A stretch of DNA of 64,000 bases, taken from a virus. Its lineage: Duplodnaviria; Caudoviricetes. Below, one piece after another: positions 1 through 7,789 of the stretch; positions within the stretch are counted from its first letter, which is position 1; each line of letters begins with the position of its first letter. The position numbers and the translations under genes were made by a program. Below the pieces are notes generated by a model, which ran no database searches, was not told the DNA's origin, and worked only from the letters and a program-made list of their open reading frames with translations. The DNA is taken from the IMG/VR virus record IMGVR_UViG_3300031867_000015, positions 1 to 64,000 of that record, one strand, 5' to 3'.

Positions 1-8
1 GACGAAGA

Positions 9-146
9 ATGAGTAATGCTAAATTAAAACTCATGATTGCTGTATTCAGCCGCAGAATTAATCAGGGAGAAACTTTTGAGGAAATTGCAGAGGACTATCC
101 GAAACTGACAGCAGAGGATTTAGAGCAGATAAAGGCAACGCTGTAA
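9..146 (+). CDS. small DUF433-like protein (45 aa, below ORF-track cutoff)
   Basis: MSNAKLKLMIAVFSRRINQGETFEEIAEDYPKLTAEDLEQIKATL; GETFEEIAEDYPKLT resembles the DUF433 motif. Confidence 0.55.
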   Translation: MSNAKLKLMIAVFSRRINQGETFEEIAEDYPKLTAEDLEQIKATL

Positions 147-188
147 ACCAATAAAGGTACAAAACTAACCATAACAATATTAAACAAC

Positions 189-218
189 AAGAGGGTAGAA
201 TTAACTACCCTCTTTTAT
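189..218 (+). terminator. intrinsic terminator
   Basis: aagagggtag-aattaa-ctaccctctt hairpin followed by T-rich tract. Confidence 0.75.
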
Positions 219-237
219 ATTTTACCGAGGTGGTATT

Positions 238-273
238 ATGAAAATTAAAGATAGACTTGCAAAAGGTTTATAA
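238..273 (+). pseudogene. orphan 5' remnant of holin gene (MKIKDRLAKGL*)
   Basis: RBS gaggtgg then ATG; peptide matches the start of the intact holin at 1054 (MKIKDRISKL). Confidence 0.75.
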
Positions 274-320
274 ATAAATTGACCTCAAATCTATATTAAC
301 TTTAATTAAAGGAGTACGAT

Positions 321-1037
321 ATGAGAATTGAATTTAAAGATTTAACTGGAAAAGAATTTGGTTATTTAACTGTCATTGAATGTTTAGATGATACAACAAA
401 GGGATATACGAGGTTACATTGGAGATGTAAATGTAAGTGCGGTAATGATAATTTTATAACCACTACCAGTCGATTAACTTCTAATAATACAAAATCTTGC
501 GGATGCCTTAAAAAAGAAAGCAGTCCTAACAATGGTAAAAAAACAAAAAAATATAATGACTATGAAGTACAAGAAGATTATGTTATTATGTATACTTCTA
601 AGGGTGAGCCATTCTATGTTGACTTAGAGGACTTCTGGAAGGTTAAGGATATTTGTTGGCACAAAGATAAAAACGGATATATCGTTGATAAACACAGCAC
701 ATTGATACATCGTGTGATAATGGATTCACCTAAAGGAATGGATATTGACCATATACATGGCGAGCAATCAAGAAATGATAATCGTAAAGAGAATTTAAGA
801 GTTGTAACACATCAACAAAATATGATGAACTGTAAAACACAAACAAATAATACTTCTGGATATACAGGTGTAAGTTTCAAAAAAGAACGAAAACTATGGG
901 TTGCAACTTTGTGTCATAAAGGAAAGCATTATTATTTGGGGGCAAGTAAAAATAAAGAAGAAGCAATTAAAATGCGAAAAGAAGCTGAAAATAAATATCA
1001 GGGTGAATTTTCGTATGACAACAGTCAGTCTTATTGA
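321..1037 (+). CDS. HNH homing endonuclease with AP2 domain
   Basis: CKCKCG and SCGC N-terminal motif, IDHIHG..NDNRKENL HNH core, NTSGYTGV..YLG AP2 domain. Confidence 0.9.
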   Translation: MRIEFKDLTGKEFGYLTVIECLDDTTKGYTRLHWRCKCKCGNDNFITTTSRLTSNNTKSCGCLKKESSPNNGKKTKKYNDYEVQEDYVIMYTSKGEPFYVDLEDFWKVKDICWHKDKNGYIVDKHSTLIHRVIMDSPKGMDIDHIHGEQSRNDNRKENLRVVTHQQNMMNCKTQTNNTSGYTGVSFKKERKLWVATLCHKGKHYYLGASKNKEEAIKMRKEAENKYQGEFSYDNSQSY

Positions 1038-1053
1038 TAAAGTGGTGAGGTAA

Positions 1054-1248
1054 ATGAAAATTAAAGACAGGATTTCTAAATTGATTGATGTTAAAACCAT
1101 TGTTACTTTCGCACTTACCATATCATTTGTTTATCTTTCAATCTCAGGGCAAATTGAACCTCAAATCTTTATGGCTATTTATACAATGGTTATAGGTTTT
1201 TACTTTGGAACACAGTCAAATAAATCAAATAATGAGAAAGGAGAATAG
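1054..1248 (+). CDS. holin (2 TM)
   Basis: two hydrophobic helices, IGFYFGTQ motif, basic tail, directly upstream of endolysin. Confidence 0.8.
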   Translation: MKIKDRISKLIDVKTIVTFALTISFVYLSISGQIEPQIFMAIYTMVIGFYFGTQSNKSNNEKGE

Positions 1249-1249
1249 T

Positions 1250-2017
1250 ATGGGAAACTTATCTGAACATTTTGATTCGTCAGAATTTTTATGCTCATGT
1301 TGTGGTGGATATAAACCTATGTCAACATTGCTCATATCAATGCTTGAAAAGGTTTATGCTTACATGAACGCTAAAGCTATTATAATTAGTAGTGGTTATC
1401 GTTGTGAAAATAATCCGTGGGGATATAAAAATGATGCACATAGAAAAGCTATGGCGGCTGACCTTTGTGTACAAAAACAGGACGGAAGTTTTTATTCCTC
1501 ATGGGATATTGCAGAGGTAGCGGAGCGTTTAGGATTCAGAGGTATAGGTATTATAGATAACACATATGTTCATCTTGACACAAGAGGACACGAACCATTT
1601 GTTTATGACTTTTGGTTTGGTAATGAAATGACAGGTGAAAACTATACTACATTTCAACGTGGTACAATTTTCTATGGAGATAATAATAAGATTTCAGAGA
1701 CAATTGATGATACACTTGAAATCAAATTACAGAAGATACTTAATAACAAGGGTTATAACTTAGATGTTGATGGAATAATTGGTAATATCACACTCACTGA
1801 CCTGAGAGATTATACAATTGAACCTAATGATAGCGGTGAACTTACTAAATGGACACAGGAGTTATTAAAGGTTCGTGGCTATGATGTAGATGTGAATGGA
1901 ACTGCTGACGAAAAAACCATGAACGCTATTCACGCATTTCAGAAAGACAACAATCTTGGTGAAGGAATTTTATCTGGTGGAGACTGGGGTGTGCTTTTAC
2001 AGAAAGGTCAGGTGTAA
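1250..2017 (+). CDS. endolysin, peptidase M15A plus peptidoglycan-binding domains
   Basis: LSEHFDSSEFLC, SSGYRC, H..AMAAD, YVHLDTR; two PG-binding repeats (LQKIL..DGIIG; QELL..FQKDNNL); start moved to ATG 1250 behind gaaaggag. Confidence 0.9.
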   Translation: MGNLSEHFDSSEFLCSCCGGYKPMSTLLISMLEKVYAYMNAKAIIISSGYRCENNPWGYKNDAHRKAMAADLCVQKQDGSFYSSWDIAEVAERLGFRGIGIIDNTYVHLDTRGHEPFVYDFWFGNEMTGENYTTFQRGTIFYGDNNKISETIDDTLEIKLQKILNNKGYNLDVDGIIGNITLTDLRDYTIEPNDSGELTKWTQELLKVRGYDVDVNGTADEKTMNAIHAFQKDNNLGEGILSGGDWGVLLQKGQV

Positions 2018-2020
2018 TAT

Positions 2021-2242
2021 ATGCTTACTCAGGAAGATTTCGCACAGCTTGATAATATCTATGTACGCAAAGATGATTGTAATGACCGTCACGCAGACAC
2101 AGCAAGAGAGATAAGCGAACTTACTATTTCTCAAACCAAAATTAATACTCAGTTAGGTATGCTTATTAAGATTAATGCCGCTGAGTTAGGTGCTGTGGGT
2201 ACAGCAATCATAGCGGCAATTATGAAATTAATACTGAATTGA
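2021..2242 (+). CDS. small membrane protein, holin/XhlA-like
   Basis: coiled coil then C-terminal TM, in lysis cassette. Confidence 0.6.
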   Translation: MLTQEDFAQLDNIYVRKDDCNDRHADTAREISELTISQTKINTQLGMLIKINAAELGAVGTAIIAAIMKLILN

Positions 2243-2253
2243 GGTGATAACAA

Positions 2254-2616
2254 ATGTCTACCGATTGTAAAGCGTGTGAGAACCAAAAGTGGAAAGAGCA
2301 TTACTTAACAGCGCAAAAAAGATTTGATAAGGTATTAGTGGGATTAACAATCGGATTTGTTATCATGTTTACCGTGATGGTACTATGTCTTTTTGTCACC
2401 GCTTGTATGGTAATAAGGACACAAAGATTTATTAACGAATTTGAATACGTAGAAGAAACCGAAATACAAATTGAACAAGATTGTAATGGACATAATGTTG
2501 TTATGTTACCAAATGGAGATGAGGTGAAAACAGATGGGACAAAAGTACACGGAGAAGAAGAAAAGATATTGGAGAAAGAAAGCAACAAGAACAATGTTAT
2601 TTCAATCGCCAAATGA
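2254..2616 (+). CDS. membrane protein, hypothetical
   Basis: single TM, RBS gaggtg. Confidence 0.6.
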   Translation: MSTDCKACENQKWKEHYLTAQKRFDKVLVGLTIGFVIMFTVMVLCLFVTACMVIRTQRFINEFEYVEETEIQIEQDCNGHNVVMLPNGDEVKTDGTKVHGEEEKILEKESNKNNVISIAK

Positions 2617-2674
2617 AAAGAGAACATTCAAACAGAAGATAAGAGACTTTATATATAAAGTTTTTGGAATATAA
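2534..2674 (+). CDS. overlapping basic 46-aa peptide
   Basis: gaggtg RBS at 2521; MGQKYTEKKKRYWRKKATR..VFGI ends just before the terminator. Confidence 0.45.
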   Translation: MGQKYTEKKKRYWRKKATRTMLFQSPNEKRTFKQKIRDFIYKVFGI

Positions 2675-2682
2675 TTATTCTT

Positions 2683-2724
2683 TAGGGGATAGTGAGTTTA
2701 ATACTTGCTATCCCCTATTTTTTT
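2683..2724 (+). terminator. terminator ending the late/lysis operon
   Basis: taggggatag..ctatccccta hairpin plus T run. Confidence 0.85.
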
Positions 2725-2862
2725 GTTATGTTACACTTTCATTTTGCTTGATTTCGCTATAATAAATATGATATAATTAAGTAAAAGGAAGGTGATGTTA
2801 TGGATATTTATAGCTATGTATATTATATTTCGATAGCAATAGAAAAAGGTAGTAATTAAATA

Positions 2863-2973
2863 CTACCTTAATCCTCTTATCTCTTTAGATACATTTTTAT
2901 ATTCTTCTTTTGTGATTACGTTTCTTATTAAAAGAATCTTTGCTATCATTTCCATCCATGCTTTCTTATCCAT
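2863..2973 (-). CDS. 36-aa SHOCT-like peptide
   Basis: gaggtg RBS; MDKKAWMEMIAKILLIRNVITKEEYKNVSKEIRGLR with ITKEEY motif. Confidence 0.5.
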   Translation of the reverse strand: MDKKAWMEMIAKILLIRNVITKEEYKNVSKEIRGLR

Positions 2974-3107
2974 ACTATCACCTCATAATAATTATAGGCA
3001 TATTGCTTCGTGTTTATGCGTATTTGCCACGCTGTACGTTTTCAAGTGTAATTATATTACCTGTAACAACGTGGCTTATAACGCATTGTAGAGCCGTTAG
3101 AAGTGAT

Positions 3108-4127
3108 TTACTTTAGAGAAGAACCTAATGCTCCGTCACTACGCTCAGACTTTATGTTCTTTAAATCCTCAAAGGAAATCTCTTTGACTTCTGTTTTAAT
3201 TGGCTTTAATGTTTTACGAGAAAGTGTAAGTTTATAACCACAGGCTTCACAAATAAAAGTATCATTCTTTTGGTAATAAGGTGAATAGATATCAAACAAT
3301 AAACATTCATATTCAAATCTTTTTTGAATTGCTTCTATTTTAGAACCATATCTACCTATAAAATATTTTTTATCATTTAGTTTGATTTCGGCACACCATT
3401 TATTGTTTTTCTTATCGAACCATACTCCTGTCATTCCAGATGTGTTATCGTTTCTTTTTGATGAATTTAAAACATTACAATGCTGTGTTACGATTCTCAG
3501 ATTTGATTTTCTGTTATCCAATGGATTTCGATTCCAGTGGTCTACTACGAATTTATCGTTTTCGCATCCTGTAATTATACGATTAAGTCTTTTATCGCCA
3601 GAAACAACATAGCCCTGTTTGTTAAGATACCAACAAATATTTTGTATTTTTGGCACATCTTCTGCATCGACTATAAATTCTATTCCATTGGACATTGTGC
3701 CATAAGCAATGTTGTTTTCATATCGAAATGAATTTGTTTTATGGTAACTTTCTTTTATTCTTTCAAGACGTAAACAACCACAAGATAATTTTTTTACCTT
3801 TCCTGTAAGTTTGCTAACAGGAACTTCACAAGTATTTCCACACTGACAGTTACAGTGCCAATAAGTTTCACCATCTTTTTTGTAATAGTATTGAGGAATT
3901 AATTTGCCTATCAGTTGGTTTGTTAAATCTTTAATTCTACTACAACCGCAGGATTTTGTTCTACCACTTGATAATCTTCCTTCAAAAATCACAGATATGG
4001 TTTTGTTTTCACATTGGCATTGACATTGCCAATAGACCCCTTTTGTTTTCATTTCTTTTGGACGTTCAACTTCCTTTAATAATAGCCAGTTGCCTATCAT
4101 ATCATTAGGCTTAAACTTGTTGCTCAT
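3108..4127 (-). CDS. HNH-AP2 homing endonuclease with fused dUTPase-like C-terminal tail
   Basis: two CxC..SCGC repeats, VDHWNRNPLDNRKSNL, NTSGMTGV AP2; tail SERSDGALGSS resembles dUTPase motif V. Confidence 0.85.
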   Translation of the reverse strand: MSNKFKPNDMIGNWLLLKEVERPKEMKTKGVYWQCQCQCENKTISVIFEGRLSSGRTKSCGCSRIKDLTNQLIGKLIPQYYYKKDGETYWHCNCQCGNTCEVPVSKLTGKVKKLSCGCLRLERIKESYHKTNSFRYENNIAYGTMSNGIEFIVDAEDVPKIQNICWYLNKQGYVVSGDKRLNRIITGCENDKFVVDHWNRNPLDNRKSNLRIVTQHCNVLNSSKRNDNTSGMTGVWFDKKNNKWCAEIKLNDKKYFIGRYGSKIEAIQKRFEYECLLFDIYSPYYQKNDTFICEACGYKLTLSRKTLKPIKTEVKEISFEDLKNIKSERSDGALGSSLK

Positions 4128-4555
4128 TACTTTACTCCTGTACTACCAAATCCATTTCGGCTTGTATCGTTCAAATGTTCAACTTCTTCTATATTAAATC
4201 GTGGCTGTATTTTATTAATTCGGAACTGACATATACGGTCGTTCTTGTTTATTGTGATATCTCTTGTGGCATATACAGGGTATTTCCATTCATCATTGTC
4301 ACCTGAATAACTATTATCTATAACTGCAAAGCAGTTAGTTTGAATAATTCCATAGTTTTTAAATGTACTTGACCTCGGAACAATATTAGCTTCGTAGCCA
4401 TTCGGTAATATCATTCCTACTCCAAGTGGAATCAGTTTAAATTCACCTGCTTTAAGTTCAACTGTCTCTGCGGCTCTAAGGTCAACCCAGTCTCCCTTAT
4501 CCATGTGTTCAATTTTGTCTATTTCTTTATCAAAATACTTTACCTTTATATTCAT
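4127..4555 (-). CDS. dut: trimeric dUTPase
   Basis: DLRA, PRSS, VIDNSYSG, RICQ and RNGFGSTG motifs I-V. Confidence 0.95.
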   Translation of the reverse strand: MNIKVKYFDKEIDKIEHMDKGDWVDLRAAETVELKAGEFKLIPLGVGMILPNGYEANIVPRSSTFKNYGIIQTNCFAVIDNSYSGDNDEWKYPVYATRDITINKNDRICQFRINKIQPRFNIEEVEHLNDTSRNGFGSTGVK

Positions 4556-4568
4556 CTTTCATTCTCCT

Positions 4569-4883
4569 TTAAGTTAAACAAGCATAATGGTTTATTGTTT
4601 TTATTTCTTCCTCTGTTGCATTGCGATAGTCATATTTGATTACATCCTCTGGTTTAACATATTTTTTATCACTATAACAACCTATCAATCTGTATATTGA
4701 AATGTTTGATTCTGTTGTGACTTCCTTACGGTGTAATTCAAATCCCATGTGAGTACCAAGTTCATCTGACACAAGAAATTTTGCATCAGATGGAGCATTG
4801 TGAATTTCAATATATATACCTGCTGGCATATGCTCTCTACGATTACCCATCATTTTACAAAACGCACAATTGGCTTTCATCAT
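4569..4883 (-). CDS. hypothetical protein
   Basis: ORF with aaggag RBS in operon. Confidence 0.6.
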   Translation of the reverse strand: MMKANCAFCKMMGNRREHMPAGIYIEIHNAPSDAKFLVSDELGTHMGFELHRKEVTTESNISIYRLIGCYSDKKYVKPEDVIKYDYRNATEEEIKTINHYACLT

Positions 4884-4918
4884 TCATTCTCCTTTATTAA
4901 CTCCTTTATTAATCTTTA

Positions 4919-5323
4919 TTAATCAACTATAGTTGGTACACTTGGTAGCCACATATGAGGATTAAAGTTAATCTCATAATGATATTCATTTACTCCTGTT
5001 GTTTCTAAGTCCTCTACAATATATGTTACATTATCACTCAGACCTATTATCTGTTTATTGTACATACCCTTCTGATATTCAGTAATAATTTCAAGCTGAT
5101 TGTCTGCTGTATCTGCCATGATAGATGAACGTCCTGTCATCTGAAAAAGGGTATCTCCTGTAATACAATCAATTACGGTTATTCTTCTTACGCAATTGAA
5201 ATTGTCAGCTTCTTGTGCAAGATTTACTCTTACTCTCTCAGCTTCGTTACAACTTGTTAAAGTAAATACTGTCATCATAGCAACGAAAGCCATTGTTATC
5301 ATTGTAATTATTCTTCTCATCAT
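4919..5323 (-). CDS. phage lipoprotein
   Basis: signal peptide with LTSC lipobox; EADNFN..RRITVI..IGLSDNVTY pattern. Confidence 0.8.
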   Translation of the reverse strand: MMRRIITMITMAFVAMMTVFTLTSCNEAERVRVNLAQEADNFNCVRRITVIDCITGDTLFQMTGRSSIMADTADNQLEIITEYQKGMYNKQIIGLSDNVTYIVEDLETTGVNEYHYEINFNPHMWLPSVPTIVD

Positions 5324-5904
5324 TCGTTCTCCTTTATTAGTGATTCAATCATCTTGACCTTATTATAAATTTCATTCCAGTCCTTTGCTCTGGTAAACAT
5401 TGGAACTGATTCTTCTAATTCGGTTGTATTCCACGGATAAGTAAGACATACGGAATAGTATTCTTTATCTCCTACTAAATTCTTTAAACAGTCATCAATT
5501 AAGATATCACATTTCATATACTGTTTTCGTGGACAAGAATATAAACATTTACGTATTTCAAGGAATGGAAGATTACGTTGCAACCAATTCTTTTTCTTAG
5601 GAAGATTTTCTGCTTCTGTGGTTGTAACAAATATAATCTTATGTCCTTCGTTATGAAGTTTAGCAATAACCTCACGGCATCCGTCAATAATAGATATTCC
5701 CTTCCAAACCCTTTTATCAAGAAAGTAATGCCAAAAGGTTTCCTTATACTCAGGCTTCACAAAGTTTTCTATATGATAAGCTGTAATATCAGACAGAGAG
5801 AGATTGTCTCCGCTGTCTGCGTTATAGACTTTAAGGACAGATTCAGTTAAATTGTTAAGGCAGTTGTCAATATCCACACCGATTGTAAGTCCCATATTAA
5901 TCAC
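5320..5904 (-). CDS. 5'(3')-deoxyribonucleotidase (NT5C, HAD family)
   Basis: VDIDNCL, K..WL, DILIDD and PWN motifs. Confidence 0.9.
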   Translation of the reverse strand: MINMGLTIGVDIDNCLNNLTESVLKVYNADSGDNLSLSDITAYHIENFVKPEYKETFWHYFLDKRVWKGISIIDGCREVIAKLHNEGHKIIFVTTTEAENLPKKKNWLQRNLPFLEIRKCLYSCPRKQYMKCDILIDDCLKNLVGDKEYYSVCLTYPWNTTELEESVPMFTRAKDWNEIYNKVKMIESLIKENE

Positions 5905-6245
5905 CCCAGTAAAGATTTAAGATATTCTGAAAAAGGTTTATTATTATTAATAGGCTCTCCCTTAAATTCAACAGTAAAATCACTTGGGAGATGCTTGTGG
6001 CAAGGGAAATCGTCAGTCTTTATTTCAATACTCTTTACAAGTGAGTAGCTTTCGTCATGCTTTTCATTAAATGCCTTGATAGCATTTTTAATAGCTGTAA
6101 GTTCTTTTTCCTTTTCTTCCTTCTTTTTCTTTTCTGCTTCTCTCCTTTCCTGTTCGATTGCGTTTTCGATTTCTGCTCTCTTAATGTAGAGTTCTTCAAT
6201 CTGTCTGTCGATGCTGTCAAGCATATCCTTGTTATTAATAGCCAT
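5901..6245 (-). CDS. hypothetical coiled-coil protein
   Basis: ORF with RBS in operon. Confidence 0.6.
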   Translation of the reverse strand: MAINNKDMLDSIDRQIEELYIKRAEIENAIEQERREAEKKKKEEKEKELTAIKNAIKAFNEKHDESYSLVKSIEIKTDDFPCHKHLPSDFTVEFKGEPINNNKPFSEYLKSLLG

Positions 6246-6250
6246 AATTA

Positions 6251-7036
6251 TTATTCTCCTTTTATAAATTTATTATCATATAAACCATTCTTATGAACGA
6301 ATAGTTTTTCAACTGCTCTCATAGTATTATCTGTTGACTTCATGCTACGCTGTACATCTTTTTGCCAAATACAAATAAAATCATTAGGTGCTTCAAGTTC
6401 ACTGATAAGAACATAATTAGTTTTACTCCATTTACGCATTGTTTCCCAAAACTCATCGTAATTAAAGTTTTGGGAATTAGCAAACTGTTTTGTATTGGCA
6501 TAAGGTGGGTCACAATAAATTACACAATTATATGCTTGTCCTTTAGTCCATATGTCTCTGTAATCTTTACAATCAAACCATATATCCTGTAAGTCCTGTA
6601 CTTGTGATTCAAGATTACGTTTGCTTTCCTGATAATAGTCTCTGTATCTTTCGCCTGTTTTGGTTTTTTCATATCCTGACGGTGCGTAACCACCGTCAAA
6701 GAATCTACCATTATAACTTGCAAGGAATCCTACGTTTGCTATAAGCCAATCAGAAGCCTTACAAGTTCCATTACGATATTCAGTTCTTATAGTGTTATAT
6801 AAGTCTCTTGGTACTTTATCAAGAAGTTTACCGTTTGCTTGAACGTGTTTAAGCAATGCAATTAGATATTGGTTCTCATCATATCCGATTCTTCTCCAAC
6901 ACTTAATCTTATCAATTACATTTGCTCCACCTACAAATGGTTCAATATAAGTATCGCTGTGTGAATCATCTATACATTGCTGTATGATAGGAACTATCTG
7001 TTTGGCAATGCGTGATTTACTTCCCATGTACCTCAT
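6251..7036 (-). CDS. DNA adenine methyltransferase (D12/Dam-like)
   Basis: MRYMGSK, EPFVGGA, YCDPPY; start at ATG 7036 overlapping the upstream stop (ATGA). Confidence 0.9.
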   Translation of the reverse strand: MRYMGSKSRIAKQIVPIIQQCIDDSHSDTYIEPFVGGANVIDKIKCWRRIGYDENQYLIALLKHVQANGKLLDKVPRDLYNTIRTEYRNGTCKASDWLIANVGFLASYNGRFFDGGYAPSGYEKTKTGERYRDYYQESKRNLESQVQDLQDIWFDCKDYRDIWTKGQAYNCVIYCDPPYANTKQFANSQNFNYDEFWETMRKWSKTNYVLISELEAPNDFICIWQKDVQRSMKSTDNTMRAVEKLFVHKNGLYDNKFIKGE

Positions 7037-7572
7037 GTTATATACCTCCAACGATATCCTAATGCTGATTTGCGCTTTCCAGAACAAGCGTTTGATATAC
7101 TTCCTTGTCCTATACACCCTCCTGTTAAATACAATGCGGCTTCTTTCTGACTATTAAAAATTTTTAATGGTTCTAAATAATCATTATCATATTTATCATA
7201 CATTGCAACCTTTTTATTGGTGTTGTATAAATTTTGTACTTTCCATGCTTTATACAAATTTTCTTCATTCGTCATTTCGATAAGATTACTTTTTCTATTA
7301 TTAAGTTTGTTACCGTCATTATGGTCTATAACAACATTCGTATCGTTACATTTCATAATCATTCTATGAATAAAAATTGTATGATTTTCAATCATAGTGT
7401 ATACATATCCTTTATTTGAAATATACCATCCGTATCTTCTTACAATTGGAAAATCTTCCTTGTCTACGTAAACTTTAATTATGTTCCCTATGTTATAAAA
7501 TCCTTTTGAATCAGAAGCGTATATATAATCATTATCTTCCAATTTTAAATTAATATCTTTTATTCTATTCAT
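7033..7572 (-). CDS. HNH endonuclease with NUMOD1-like C-terminal domain
   Basis: IDHNDGNKLNNRKSNL; FNSQKEAA..ISNACSGKRKSALGYRW; probable start MNRIKD. Confidence 0.85.
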   Translation of the reverse strand: MNRIKDINLKLEDNDYIYASDSKGFYNIGNIIKVYVDKEDFPIVRRYGWYISNKGYVYTMIENHTIFIHRMIMKCNDTNVVIDHNDGNKLNNRKSNLIEMTNEENLYKAWKVQNLYNTNKKVAMYDKYDNDYLEPLKIFNSQKEAALYLTGGCIGQGSISNACSGKRKSALGYRWRYIT

Positions 7573-7573
7573 A

Positions 7574-7789
7574 TCATACAATTTGCCCCTTGTCCTTAAT
7601 ATGTTCATACAAGTCCTCTGGATTATCACTTGTATATCTTGTTTTCTTGTTATCTTTCCATAGTTGATATTCATTGCGGTACAGGTCTGATACAATGTAC
7701 CAAACCTGACCATCTTCTCCTGTGTAAGTTAACCACAGTAGTAAATTCTTATCGTACTGAAAACGATTTGTTACGCAAGAATCAAGCAT
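7574..7789 (-). CDS. hypothetical protein
   Basis: ORF overlapping the nrdD stop. Confidence 0.55.
   Translation of the reverse strand: MLDSCVTNRFQYDKNLLLWLTYTGEDGQVWYIVSDLYRNEYQLWKDNKKTRYTSDNPEDLYEHIKDKGQIV

Noticed and set aside
238-1054. Group I intron interrupting the holin
   Set aside because: No recognisable P7 or other core elements, almost no non-coding space, and the downstream holin has its own RBS and complete start.
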